NCBI GenBank assembly: GCA_012813795.1
Contig: GCA_012813795.1_4087.1
DNA length: 64,000 nucleotides
Reading direction: 5' to 3' (one strand)
DNA from: a phage
Under the pieces are notes generated by a model. That model was not told where the DNA came from. It saw only the letters and a list, made by a program, of their open reading frames with translations, and did not search any database. Shown here piece by piece: positions 41,512-51,594 of this stretch. The number at the start of each line of letters is the position of its first letter. The stretch's first letter is position 1. The translations under genes and the position numbers were made by a program.

Positions 41512-41864
41512 TATTCTTCATCACCTGATGGTGTTCCGCGTAGTTTATCAAAATCTACCCAAATACCATGCTCATTTTTAAAACGACACTTACCATAGTA
41601 CCAGCTATAGTCAGTTTCGACACCTTGTGAATATGAGCGAACGCTACAATCATACATACCATAGAGATGGCCTTTTACACAGTATGTTCCAAATAACATA
41701 ACAACAAAAACAACGGCTGCACTGATTTTAGGAAAATCCATAACTAAATCGATAACAGAATTTTCTTGATGATTATCAATTTTAGAACGAATAGTTGAAA
41801 TAGTTTTCAGTACTAATACTGCTACAACCAATGAAACCAAAAGCACACATAAGTAAATCAACAT
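41511..41864 (-). CDS. two-TM membrane protein (117 aa)
   Basis: Two hydrophobic segments. Confidence 0.5.
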   Translation of the reverse strand: MLIYLCVLLVSLVVAVLVLKTISTIRSKIDNHQENSVIDLVMDFPKISAAVVFVVMLFGTYCVKGHLYGMYDCSVRSYSQGVETDYSWYYGKCRFKNEHGIWVDFDKLRGTPSGDEE

Positions 41865-41865
41865 A

Positions 41866-42396
41866 TTATTCTCCTAACATTCTTAATACATTAGAAATAA
41901 AGAACACATCAAATGGTTCTTTTGGATTTGCTACAGAATGCTGAAATGCATATTCATGAAAATTTTCACGGTCTAACCAATCTTCATTATTAACTAACAT
42001 TTTTTTCTCACCAAGAATCACACTATGTATAGATGTGAAAGATTCTGTTGATATGGTATATCCAACCAATGTACCTTTTTTAGTGAAATCGAAAGTACCA
42101 AAATAATTTCGGGTATATTGTCTTGTTCTATTTTCAAACATTCTTGCAATATTTTCTTTGTATGGATCAGAATATGGCTGACGATATATGGGGTCTAAAG
42201 ATCCAAACATTTCTATTTTAGATTGCAGGGTTATTAAATTATCCGTGATAAAAAAATGAACGCCTTTATATTCGAAATCCTTCTTACGATTATATGAAAA
42301 TACTGATACATCCCACTCTGATATTACCTGAACGAACTCATTAACACCTCTTTCCAGATCGGGGAGATATGGTAGATCTTTATTATCGTATTGCAT
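41866..42396 (-). CDS. hypothetical protein (176 aa)
   Basis: The track start is a TTG; moved to ATG MQYDNKD (AAGGA SD). Confidence 0.5.
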   Translation of the reverse strand: MQYDNKDLPYLPDLERGVNEFVQVISEWDVSVFSYNRKKDFEYKGVHFFITDNLITLQSKIEMFGSLDPIYRQPYSDPYKENIARMFENRTRQYTRNYFGTFDFTKKGTLVGYTISTESFTSIHSVILGEKKMLVNNEDWLDRENFHEYAFQHSVANPKEPFDVFFISNVLRMLGE

Positions 42397-42964
42397 GTTT
42401 ATAATCCTTTTCAAGATTTAATACTTCTAAAATACTAAATTTATTGGAACCCTCAATGTCTTTAATAAATGCATCTGGATTGTCTTCTAATGAATATATT
42501 TCACCATTGATAAGCGTTTTTTCATGTAGAATCATAGCTGACATAATCTTATTACCCATAGATTCTTTCTCAGGCGTTGTACCATTACTATTGGTGAAGT
42601 AAATGAAGTTACTTGGTAGTTCACTCCACTCAACTGATATGATATTTTTCATAGCTGTTGTTGTACAAACTTTAATATAACGCTCAATAATCGTATTGGA
42701 TGAAGTTGCCGCAATTGTCATTGGATGACCGTGGGCAATATTTACACCGCTTGGAACTGCGATAGATGATGATATATTTGGAACATTGGATTCAATTTTA
42801 GGTTCTTTTATCCCTAAAATAAATTCATAATGACGAGCATGATGCTTCATTTTAAAAATTATAGTATCTGATTCAAAACTATAAGGAAGAATTATATTAT
42901 CATATGCACGCTTTTTGATTTCTGCTATACGCTCGAACAACTTAAGAGTTTCATTATAAAACAT
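42383..42964 (-). CDS. hypothetical protein (193 aa)
   Basis: ORF track. Confidence 0.55.
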   Translation of the reverse strand: MFYNETLKLFERIAEIKKRAYDNIILPYSFESDTIIFKMKHHARHYEFILGIKEPKIESNVPNISSSIAVPSGVNIAHGHPMTIAATSSNTIIERYIKVCTTTAMKNIISVEWSELPSNFIYFTNSNGTTPEKESMGNKIMSAMILHEKTLINGEIYSLEDNPDAFIKDIEGSNKFSILEVLNLEKDYKHAIR

Positions 42965-42978
42965 AGTTTATATCCTAT

Positions 42979-43007
42979 TAAAAAGGGAGTACATTATTGT
43001 ACTCCCC
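42979..43007 (-). terminator. rho-independent terminator
   Basis: GGGAGTACA-ATAA-TGTACTCCC followed by T5. Confidence 0.7.
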
Positions 43008-43013
43008 AAATAC

Positions 43014-43568
43014 TTACAATTTAATTACTTCCTGAATACCAGTTTCCATTGCTTTCTTAGTGCGAGTATCAGAAACGACAGTACACAAATGTTCAATATC
43101 TTTACTTGGGAATGTATTAGAATCGATGATTTTTGAGTTCCAGAATCCTTTACGGAATTTCTCATAATCAGTACATTGTTCAATTTTCATTTTCTGCAAG
43201 TTATTGAACTTCTCACGCCCTGCATCAATTGTAACCATCAACTCTTGATAAATCTTAGGATCAAGATTTGGAACTTGTTGTTGAATCTGTGACATTACAA
43301 ATTTCTGATCAACTCCTTCACGTCCCTTAAAGTACGCTTCGATTGTCTCTTTCAATGCATCCTTATATTTGTCCGATACTTGAACCTTTTCTTGAATAGT
43401 TAGTGTATAACTACTCAGTTGACTTTCAGATGCATCGTAGTACTTTTTAATATTACCTTCAAAATTCACTGCACTATCATGTACTGAACTATACATACTT
43501 ACAGTTGCAAACACACCAATAACAAAAATCACCAACATACCAACCAACAAAATCATAGGCTTATTCAT
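43014..43568 (-). CDS. LemA-like membrane-anchored protein (184 aa)
   Basis: N-terminal TM plus helical body; VPNLDPKIYQELMVTIDAGREKFNNL...DYEKFRKGFW resembles the LemA C-terminal half. Confidence 0.4.
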   Translation of the reverse strand: MNKPMILLVGMLVIFVIGVFATVSMYSSVHDSAVNFEGNIKKYYDASESQLSSYTLTIQEKVQVSDKYKDALKETIEAYFKGREGVDQKFVMSQIQQQVPNLDPKIYQELMVTIDAGREKFNNLQKMKIEQCTDYEKFRKGFWNSKIIDSNTFPSKDIEHLCTVVSDTRTKKAMETGIQEVIKL

Positions 43569-44662
43569 ACATTATTTTCCTTCATATAAAGACCAACAAC
43601 AATCGACAGTACAATGAGAATCAAAGATGCAGCAATCATAACATCTTTTCGTGGTTCCATTTTAACTGCCATGTATTCAAACTCTTTATTAGACAGACGT
43701 TCAAACTTAGTCTGTATATTATGAACCTGAACTTTAAGTAAGTCAAGTGTTAATACTTCATTTAACGCATCCATTCGCATTTTAGAATGCAATTCTTCAT
43801 TATTCATACCTTTAGCGAATGACGTACTATTGAATGATTTAACGACACCATCATTACTGATACCAAAGAACATAATCACATCGTTCTTCTTGCCACCACG
43901 CCAGATTGAGGTTACTGCATCAACAAAATTCACGTCATGATAATCATATACTAGTACTTGAATGTTTACTTGCTTTTGTGCACCTAATGTTTTTAACACT
44001 TCACGTAAATATTCATCATACCCACTCACATCGTAATCAGTTTTATTAATAACGTGGTGTGTTTTATAATAATCACTAATACTTGGATATTCAGGTAAAG
44101 ATTCCAGATATTCTTTATCATACATAGAAATCAAATCTTCAGTACTGAATAATGAGTGTTTATCTGCAAATAGATAATTTATGTATGTGTTTTCTGCTGC
44201 TGCATAATCACCATTTTTCACTTCTTGCCAGCGTGGTGGAGTTTGTGTTCCTTGTCTATTGACCCTTTCAATCTCAAACTTACCAACAGTGCTTTTAACG
44301 TACCAATCAATCTCATACGGATAGTCGAATACCTTATAAGATTCACATTCACGTTGTGAGCGACCTTTAGAATCATAGGTAGTCCAGCAACGCTCATGCC
44401 AAGTATAGTGTTTACAAGAACTTGATTGTGATGTGCAGTTCTCACGTTGGCTGTATTTCTCTGTAACCTGACCATTTAGAATTTCAACATCACGAAGTTG
44501 GCTGTAGTTTATCAAGTATGATGTTCCCAATACCAACACCGCTGCAAGAAAGCAAATTCCAGTATGAATTAGCAATTCCTTTGTTGTTATGGCAGTATGG
44601 TATTTGAACTTCATGATTAGAACAACTATCAAACTTGGTATTAGAAGAATTGCTAAGTTCAT
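43565..44662 (-). CDS. membrane protein with TPM-like domain (365 aa)
   Basis: N- and C-terminal TMs; QVNIQVLVYDYHDVNFVDAVTSIWRGGKKNDVIMFFGISNDG resembles the TPM/YgcG core; start moved to MNLAILLI. Confidence 0.4.
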   Translation of the reverse strand: MNLAILLIPSLIVVLIMKFKYHTAITTKELLIHTGICFLAAVLVLGTSYLINYSQLRDVEILNGQVTEKYSQRENCTSQSSSCKHYTWHERCWTTYDSKGRSQRECESYKVFDYPYEIDWYVKSTVGKFEIERVNRQGTQTPPRWQEVKNGDYAAAENTYINYLFADKHSLFSTEDLISMYDKEYLESLPEYPSISDYYKTHHVINKTDYDVSGYDEYLREVLKTLGAQKQVNIQVLVYDYHDVNFVDAVTSIWRGGKKNDVIMFFGISNDGVVKSFNSTSFAKGMNNEELHSKMRMDALNEVLTLDLLKVQVHNIQTKFERLSNKEFEYMAVKMEPRKDVMIAASLILIVLSIVVGLYMKENNV

Positions 44663-44672
44663 TGTGTTACCT

Positions 44673-45374
44673 TTAATAGTTCCCGCGTTCGTTGATTGCA
44701 TTTAAGCAATATGAAACCTGGATAGCTTCACGTGCTGCATCGAATAATGGGTGGTGAAGTTCTAGACCATAAAGACCATGATCAGCAACCATCTCCACAA
44801 ACTTTTTCAATTGTACATCAACAATGGAATCCATGTCAAATTTTTCATCTTCAGTTAGGCGATTCTTAACACTTCGGGCATTCTGTGGTGCATTATATTT
44901 CCACAATTCGCCCACACCAAACATTTTACGATGGTTTGCTTGAAGAATACTACAATCGAAGTGGCAGCCATTACCCCAAATTTCAATATTGTTCTCATTT
45001 CCATTAAGATCATAACGAAGTGAATTCCACAAATCAAGTACATTTTTTGTTTTATACAAATTGTTCTGACTACCGGAAATAATCTCAGGATCTGTCAACG
45101 TGAGTGTGCTAACTACTTCTTCATATGCACCTTTATGATCATTTTGACACATATTCATCCAAAAGTTCATTGAACCTGCATCAACTTTAAGACCAGCATC
45201 AATTTGTTTTTGGAATGGTAGTTTAACATATGCATAACGTGAGATATCTTTCATTGGGTTAGTTGGAACTAAAACAATTGCGTAATTTGGAATGATAATA
45301 TCATAACCACTACGTTCTGGAGTTCCGAAAGATTCAATATCAACTGCATAGTGTGTAACTTTATCTGCCATCAT
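44673..45374 (-). CDS. DEDDh 3'-5' exonuclease (233 aa)
   Basis: Exo I AVDIES, Exo II NGCHFDCSIL, Exo III HHPLFDAARE. Confidence 0.6.
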   Translation of the reverse strand: MMADKVTHYAVDIESFGTPERSGYDIIIPNYAIVLVPTNPMKDISRYAYVKLPFQKQIDAGLKVDAGSMNFWMNMCQNDHKGAYEEVVSTLTLTDPEIISGSQNNLYKTKNVLDLWNSLRYDLNGNENNIEIWGNGCHFDCSILQANHRKMFGVGELWKYNAPQNARSVKNRLTEDEKFDMDSIVDVQLKKFVEMVADHGLYGLELHHPLFDAAREAIQVSYCLNAINERGNY

Positions 45375-45391
45375 ATTATCCTTAGATAATT

Positions 45392-45426
45392 AATAAAATA
45401 TGTGCCCATTATACAATGGGCACATT
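45392..45426 (-). terminator. terminator hairpin after the TelA gene
   Basis: ATGTGCCCATT-GTAT-AATGGGCACAT followed by ATTTTATT. Confidence 0.55.
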
Positions 45427-45436
45427 TATATGTCAA
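45408..45436 (-). promoter_or_regulatory. sigma-70-type promoter embedded in the terminator hairpin
   Basis: TTGACA-N17-TATAAT; the -10 lies in the loop and 3' arm of hairpin 45400..45425. Confidence 0.55.
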
Positions 45437-45439
45437 CTA

Positions 45440-46567
45440 TTACTTGTTAGCTTTGTCAGCAATTTCGCGAAGAGTTTCTTCAAGTTCGTAGGACAACTGT
45501 GCAATTTCATGTTTAGCACGTTCACGTTCTTCCTTACCTTTCTTCTCTTCAATCAGTACTGCTTCGATGCTATCAATCATTGTTTTGTGTACGTTACGCA
45601 ATGTTTTAATATCCACAATACCACGGTTATTAGCTTTAGCAGCATCTAACATATTAGTTGCTACCATTTTGGAGTTCACTTCAAGTAAACGGTTAGTTTC
45701 ATTATCAATCAAATTACCCAACTCGTTATCTTTGCGTTGGCGTTCAGAAATCAATTGTTCTGCTAGTTGTGATTTCCATGCAGGGATGACAACAGATTTC
45801 AGATCTTCAAATTTAGATACAGTGTTTAGATTCACTTTCTTCATACTCATCAGACGAGGGCCACTAAGCTCACACATCATGATAAGACGGCGAATCTTAT
45901 CTTCCTGTTTAGACAATGCTTCACAAATCATCTTCTGCTCTTGGATTGCGAAAGAATCCACATCAGGGTTCGCTTGCATTTCTTCCAGTTTAGCATCTTG
46001 AGTTTTTGTGACTTGTTCCAATTCAACCAGCGTATCGCGTAATTCAAATAGATAGGCTTTATTCTCATTGTAAGCAGTATCCAACCACTCACATTCACTA
46101 TGTTGGCGATTGATACCAACCTGGAGTGTGTTCATGATTTCATCAATCTGCTCTTTACTATTCTTGTACTGATCACCAACTTTCTGTTTTGCATTGACAA
46201 AGAGTTTTTTGACCCAACCTACAATTGATTTATCATCTTGTAGACTGTCAATATCAACAGCACGGGTTAGGGATAAAATTGTGGTAATTGATTTACCAAA
46301 TTCAGTATTGTCATCAGTGACGTTCACTTTTGACATGATTTCATCAGCCAAACGTCCTACACCTGCACCAGCAGTTGTTCCAATGGTGTTAATGTTCTGA
46401 ACAGTTAAAGACATAGTGTTACCTTTTGTATCTTTCAGTACAGGTAACGTTTTAGCCTGTTGGTCGAAAATATCACTCGCATCAAAAGTATTACCTTTGG
46501 TTTTGGTTGTAGTACGCTTAGTAGTTTTGGTAGTTGCTTTTTTTGGGTTGATTTCTTTCTCGGACAT
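45440..46567 (-). CDS. telA: TelA (toxic anion resistance) family protein (375 aa)
   Basis: VIPAWKSQL and NRGIVDIKTLRNVHKTMIDSI match TelA signatures (IPLWKNQ, RGIVDIETLK) as recalled; long helical protein. Confidence 0.65.
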   Translation of the reverse strand: MSEKEINPKKATTKTTKRTTTKTKGNTFDASDIFDQQAKTLPVLKDTKGNTMSLTVQNINTIGTTAGAGVGRLADEIMSKVNVTDDNTEFGKSITTILSLTRAVDIDSLQDDKSIVGWVKKLFVNAKQKVGDQYKNSKEQIDEIMNTLQVGINRQHSECEWLDTAYNENKAYLFELRDTLVELEQVTKTQDAKLEEMQANPDVDSFAIQEQKMICEALSKQEDKIRRLIMMCELSGPRLMSMKKVNLNTVSKFEDLKSVVIPAWKSQLAEQLISERQRKDNELGNLIDNETNRLLEVNSKMVATNMLDAAKANNRGIVDIKTLRNVHKTMIDSIEAVLIEEKKGKEERERAKHEIAQLSYELEETLREIADKANK

Positions 46568-46615
46568 TAGGTTAATTCCTCATTTAATTTAAGATAGTGT
46601 TGCTCTGTGATAAAC

Positions 46616-46644
46616 ATTATACGAGCAACACACATTCATGTCAA
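46616..46644 (-). promoter_or_regulatory. sigma-70-type promoter
   Basis: TTGACA-N17-TATAAT-GTTTAT. Confidence 0.7.
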
Positions 46645-46653
46645 CAACTATTT

Positions 46654-47775
46654 TTACTCTTTATCACCGTAAGCTAAGTTGCGAATGATAGCTGCGGTAT
46701 CAGCGTCTACTGCTTTTCCAACTTGTGTCTGTAATCGATTGATAATCAACGGAATAGTAATAGTTTGGATATCTACCATTCTATTCATGTCAATCTGATA
46801 CTGTTTACTCACATTAACTATACTAGCTTCAGTCATTGCGGCGGTAATGCTCATTTTCATGATACGTTCAAGAGTCAGTTCATATTCAAATGCATCATCC
46901 AAACGACGAATAGCATACTCACACCCAATTTTTCCGTATTCTAATTCATCTTTAATATCACGAACTTCAGTTCGAATTTCATTAAACAATGAAGTTAAAC
47001 CACTAAACTTATTCGTATCATATTTCACTGCATCATTCAATGCTTTCATTACTTTCGGTAAATCGGCCTGTTGAACCTTTATATCCGCTTTACCAAACAG
47101 TTTTTGTGTAAATGTTGGTTTCAATGGGAATAACGATTCAAGTGCAGTGGTTAAGTTATTCATTAATGTTCTAACATAATCACTATGCTTATGTAATGCA
47201 TCATTAAGATCCAATTGACGCTCTGAAATTTTTTGAATCTTCACACCAACTTCCTGTGCACATACTGGTAAGTTTACGAACCAATCCAGTACTTTTACAG
47301 AATCCTTTTTAATAGTTTCAGGAAATTCCATCCATTGTTCGATATCCGCAATGCGTTCATCTTCTGGATCAATTGGTGTTTTAGTCAGAACAATTGGTGC
47401 TGGCACTTCAACCACTGCAAGTTCTGGACGTGGTTTAAGACGACCTTCTTTCCATGCTTCGTATTCACGCTCAAGTGGAGGTACTGGCAAATCACGAATC
47501 TGAATATTTTTAAAATGAATTTCATCTTTCATGAGATCTAACATATTCAAACGTGTGTTTGAATAGTAAATTTTTGATAGTTCTAAATTACGAACATCAA
47601 ATTCGGGATTTCCCATTGAATCATAAGTACGTTTTACGATTACATTATAAAAGTACTTTTTATTGTCGCGACGATCATACTTTTTCAGTAATGAATTCAA
47701 CACAAACTGGTAATCAAACTCTTGGATTTCAATTTCTTGTTTGTTCTCAATGAAAAAATATTTTCCTTTCATCAT
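46654..47775 (-). CDS. divergent TelA-like helical protein (373 aa)
   Basis: C-terminal half is helical with TIPLIINRLQTQ in the position of TelA IPLWK; similar size to the neighbour. Confidence 0.4.
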   Translation of the reverse strand: MMKGKYFFIENKQEIEIQEFDYQFVLNSLLKKYDRRDNKKYFYNVIVKRTYDSMGNPEFDVRNLELSKIYYSNTRLNMLDLMKDEIHFKNIQIRDLPVPPLEREYEAWKEGRLKPRPELAVVEVPAPIVLTKTPIDPEDERIADIEQWMEFPETIKKDSVKVLDWFVNLPVCAQEVGVKIQKISERQLDLNDALHKHSDYVRTLMNNLTTALESLFPLKPTFTQKLFGKADIKVQQADLPKVMKALNDAVKYDTNKFSGLTSLFNEIRTEVRDIKDELEYGKIGCEYAIRRLDDAFEYELTLERIMKMSITAAMTEASIVNVSKQYQIDMNRMVDIQTITIPLIINRLQTQVGKAVDADTAAIIRNLAYGDKE

Positions 47776-47811
47776 CAGCCTCTTTTTAATTAATAGTAAA
47801 TCAATAATGCT

Positions 47812-47840
47812 ATTCTATCTAACTTGATTAGTATTGTCAA
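47812..47840 (-). promoter_or_regulatory. sigma-70-type promoter
   Basis: TTGACA-N17-TAGAAT. Confidence 0.6.
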
Positions 47841-47866
47841 CACCTAAATGAAAAAAAGGACGCACC

Positions 47867-48685
47867 TTAGCACGTCCCTTTGTTGTTCTTCTCTCTGTAC
47901 CAGTTGAAACCCTTAACTGGTGGGTACTTCTCATCTTTAGGTGGCTCCGGCATATCATACACCGTTGCATTCCTAAATTTTAAAATGTAAACTTCCATAA
48001 GACGTATGATAGCATAGTTTAAACATTTCTGTGCTCTTTCTTTCCAAAAATGTTTATATGGTTCTGGACAGTTTAGATAGTCCAGTTTATACATACCCAT
48101 TGCTGCTTGTACAAATCTCTGTGCTGAAAATTTACGTTTGTCAACCTTACTGGCTCTGTACTGATCAGATGTCCAGCTTTGTACCCCAGGTAAATGACAA
48201 AACAAATCAAACTCTACCATAGAACTAAAATATTCATTATGACCGTGTAGTTCACCATAGAACAATGCCTCATTGACAGTCTCATATAATGAAAAATTCA
48301 TATGTATATGTTCATTATCAAAGATGTTCTTTAGTTCTTTGTACGTCTCTGGTACTGGTGGTTCAGGTAACAACTCACCAAATGTCTCAATGCACCAGAT
48401 TTTCCACAATCCTTTTGTGAATTGTACTTCACGTTCTCTATCACTGTCAATATAAAATGTTTTTTCATTAATGAAAACCTTTCGTGCCATATATGCTTTA
48501 AAGATTGCATCGGGATCGATATCATCACGTTTAATGTCATCCCATCCCTTACCAATCCTTGAAATCTCAAATCTACGCATATACATTCTACAAGCTAAAT
48601 CTTTTGTAGTACTGCGACGATACTTTTCATCCTGAACCAATTTAGTACTTTCATGTAGAGATTTCAACATATTTAAAATTCTCAT
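47867..48685 (-). CDS. hypothetical protein (272 aa)
   Basis: ORF track. Confidence 0.6.
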   Translation of the reverse strand: MRILNMLKSLHESTKLVQDEKYRRSTTKDLACRMYMRRFEISRIGKGWDDIKRDDIDPDAIFKAYMARKVFINEKTFYIDSDREREVQFTKGLWKIWCIETFGELLPEPPVPETYKELKNIFDNEHIHMNFSLYETVNEALFYGELHGHNEYFSSMVEFDLFCHLPGVQSWTSDQYRASKVDKRKFSAQRFVQAAMGMYKLDYLNCPEPYKHFWKERAQKCLNYAIIRLMEVYILKFRNATVYDMPEPPKDEKYPPVKGFNWYREKNNKGTC

Positions 48686-49362
48686 CTTAGCACCAGATAC
48701 TTCCCATCTCTACCAACTATATACTGATTACCACTACGTAGTACTGTATAGTTTTCACCTAATATAGAACTAAGTCTTGATGTATCTAATTTGGTTTCAG
48801 TTTTCAGCATAGATTTGATGTATTCCTCAGATGCAAAACCACTACCAGTGCTATAACATAAATCACCATACACGGTTTGTAGTTTTAGGTTATTACCCTC
48901 TTTGAGTACAGTTATACCAGCATAATCCAAAAACTCGCTTAGTGCATCTGGAGTTCCTAATTCTACACGTTGTTGAACTTCATCAAAGTCTACATCAATT
49001 GGATCATTAACACCATAAAGCTGAATTTTCCATCCAGGATTTGGACAAATGTTTTCAATAGTCTTAATTAGAGTTAGTAATTTTTCTGGAAACTCTGCAT
49101 TACGTTCCATTTCAACAAATACTTGATATCTACCATCTAGGTTAGGTGTTTCAGCAGCTTCAGTATCTACCGCAGTGATTGGTGATTTCTCAATGAAAGA
49201 GGACAAATCATATGCAGCATCAAAATTATTCAATACCTGAAACATAACAACGATATTACCATCTTCAATCTTGGGTGTATATTCATCAACACTGATAATA
49301 GGGTAAATCAGATCTTTAAGTACTTCAGGACGTAATCCCTGTTCATTTAATTGTTTAGACAT
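48682..49362 (-). CDS. hypothetical protein (226 aa)
   Basis: ORF track. Confidence 0.6.
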   Translation of the reverse strand: MSKQLNEQGLRPEVLKDLIYPIISVDEYTPKIEDGNIVVMFQVLNNFDAAYDLSSFIEKSPITAVDTEAAETPNLDGRYQVFVEMERNAEFPEKLLTLIKTIENICPNPGWKIQLYGVNDPIDVDFDEVQQRVELGTPDALSEFLDYAGITVLKEGNNLKLQTVYGDLCYSTGSGFASEEYIKSMLKTETKLDTSRLSSILGENYTVLRSGNQYIVGRDGKYLVLR

Positions 49363-49937
49363 TACATTCCTCCTTTTTGTTCATCAGGTGCACCAAATTC
49401 TGCATCTAATTCTTGAACATCCTGCTCATCTTCCATACTCATATCAGGTGTATTTTGATCTAAGTTCATTGGATTACTATTAAATTCAGATGCCATTAGT
49501 TTGTATTCATCAAAGCTTTCTGGATTAATTAGATTTCGAGGTATTTGAAAACGAACTAGTAGTACTGGTACTCTTTCGGTTCTTGGTACATTCACTGATC
49601 CATGTTGAGTTGCTTGTGTTTTCATATCATTACGACTACGAGGCTTCGCAATTGGTCGTATTTCGTAATCAGCTTTAACTTGAACTTTAGTGCCGTGTTT
49701 TTCTAAAACTGTGAATGCTGTTGGATCTGGAAAGTTTTCTCTATAATATTTGAATGTAACAGTACACCAGTACTTAGTAACATTTGGTCCCTCAACTAGT
49801 TCACCTTCAATTACACCAGTATAGGCATATAAATCATTGTCATCAAAATATTTTTCAACCGCCAGAAGAATGTCTAATATTCCAGAATTATCATATAATT
49901 GCTGGATAGCATTGTCTGTTGTATTCATATCTTCCAT
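49362..49937 (-). CDS. hypothetical protein with acidic C-terminal tail (191 aa)
   Basis: Start moved to MEDMNTT (AAGGGA SD); tail MEDEQDVQELDAEFGAPDEQ resembles SSB tails, but no fold evidence. Confidence 0.5.
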   Translation of the reverse strand: MEDMNTTDNAIQQLYDNSGILDILLAVEKYFDDNDLYAYTGVIEGELVEGPNVTKYWCTVTFKYYRENFPDPTAFTVLEKHGTKVQVKADYEIRPIAKPRSRNDMKTQATQHGSVNVPRTERVPVLLVRFQIPRNLINPESFDEYKLMASEFNSNPMNLDQNTPDMSMEDEQDVQELDAEFGAPDEQKGGM

Positions 49938-50020
49938 GTTTTTTATTCCCTTAAAAACTTGAACATTTATATTATTTACTACTTTGAAAACAATGAAAGG
50001 GGAATCAAGTTCCCCTATTG

Positions 50021-50641
50021 TTATTTTTTCATTAGTTCGTAAATTTTTAGACGAAGTTCGCTCCAATTATTAACATAATCAAAGCCGTTGTTATGCTTGT
50101 ATTCATGGTTATGACACGCACACATCATAACAGCAGGTATATCCAACTCTATAGCCGTTTCTATATTTTTAATATAATCGTCAATCAAAAATTTAACGTC
50201 ATATTGAGCTTTTAATTTCATTAGTGCTGATTTTTTGGATTCATACATTTCAATGATAATGATATCATCAAAAATACCCTCACCAAAGACATTAATGAGA
50301 TTCACATTACGGAGAACTTCTCCGTGTCCGAATGTACCCGATTTAGTCAGTACTACAAATTTATCATATGGGAACTTATCACGTAATTCTTGCATAATTC
50401 CAACCGTGTTATGTTCTACTGGGTCAAGTAGACCAAACTCATAAGAACGATGGTTGAAGTGTTTTAGAATCTCTTGCACTTCAGGTTGAGTAATTCCACC
50501 CAACCACTGACACAAATCATATTTTTCTGGATATGGTGTTTCTGGATGAATATCATAATGTTCTTTAACAAAATTATATAGACCACCAATGTGGTCCAAT
50601 AGCACTTCATCACAATCCCATACTACACAACGTTGTTTCAT
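50021..50641 (-). CDS. HAD-superfamily hydrolase, 5'(3')-deoxyribonucleotidase-like (206 aa)
   Basis: N-terminal DxD motif VVWDCDEVLLD; start moved to the TAATG overlap with the clamp-loader stop. Confidence 0.5.
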   Translation of the reverse strand: MKQRCVVWDCDEVLLDHIGGLYNFVKEHYDIHPETPYPEKYDLCQWLGGITQPEVQEILKHFNHRSYEFGLLDPVEHNTVGIMQELRDKFPYDKFVVLTKSGTFGHGEVLRNVNLINVFGEGIFDDIIIIEMYESKKSALMKLKAQYDVKFLIDDYIKNIETAIELDIPAVMMCACHNHEYKHNNGFDYVNNWSELRLKIYELMKK

Positions 50642-51594
50642 TACATATTTCCTGAACAAATCAAGTCAATTTCACATAGTAATGCACTCAGGTTCATCTC
50701 ACGATCAGAAACTGTTGATTGTTTGACAACTGCATCACGGATTTTAACCTTGATTTTCATTAGTGTGATTTCATCAGTACTGAACATTTCTGCATTACGA
50801 TACAGATACGAGAAAAACGCATCCATTTCGTCATCAGGGATATTTTGAACAATCTGCTCACGCATCTGACGAATGTTTCCCGCCTTTAATGCATCAACGA
50901 TTGCCGTGCGATACCCAGCAGAATTCTCAATACTGTCTTCTAGTTTTACTAGTTTACCATCAACTACTGAACTCTGCAATACGTTTAATGTTTTGCGGAA
51001 GTCAGGGTACGATGCATTGATGTATTGCTGCACTTGATCAATACTTTCTTCTGATGATAAATCTACACCCTCAGCTAACAGTACGTTGATGATACGGGTC
51101 ATAAACTGTTCCATATCATGCTTCTCGATTGTAATTACTTGCACACGAGAAATAATAGGTTTCAAAATTTTATGTGGCTCATTACTGGTTAGAATAAAAC
51201 GAGCATTCTCGTGATAATCTTCCATGACACGCTTCAGGCTACCTTGTGCTTTGTGGTTCATCTGTTCCATTTCTTCCAGAACAAATACACGATAACGTCC
51301 AAAACATGATAGTTTTGCGGCAGCGTCAATCTTATCACGCACAGCATCAATACCCTCATCTGACATGTTTAGAGTTGTTACATCACTTGGGTCCAGGTGA
51401 CCATTAGCTTCAAGTCCATTTAGTAGTACTTTAATCGCTGAAGTTTTTCCTGTACCAGCGGGACCAAAGAATCCAATATGTGGAATATTGCCAGTACAAA
51501 TCCATTCTTCCATCTTTTTACGAAGAGCATCATTTTTGAAAACGTAATCTTCTAGGGTTTGTGGGCGATATTTTTCAGTCCATAGTGTAGTCAT
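50641..51594 (-). CDS. RFC/gp44-like clamp-loader AAA+ ATPase (317 aa)
   Basis: WTEKYRPQTLEDYV, Walker A GPAGTGKTS, Walker B VFVLEEM, sensor ISRVQV. Confidence 0.85.
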   Translation of the reverse strand: MTTLWTEKYRPQTLEDYVFKNDALRKKMEEWICTGNIPHIGFFGPAGTGKTSAIKVLLNGLEANGHLDPSDVTTLNMSDEGIDAVRDKIDAAAKLSCFGRYRVFVLEEMEQMNHKAQGSLKRVMEDYHENARFILTSNEPHKILKPIISRVQVITIEKHDMEQFMTRIINVLLAEGVDLSSEESIDQVQQYINASYPDFRKTLNVLQSSVVDGKLVKLEDSIENSAGYRTAIVDALKAGNIRQMREQIVQNIPDDEMDAFFSYLYRNAEMFSTDEITLMKIKVKIRDAVVKQSTVSDREMNLSALLCEIDLICSGNM

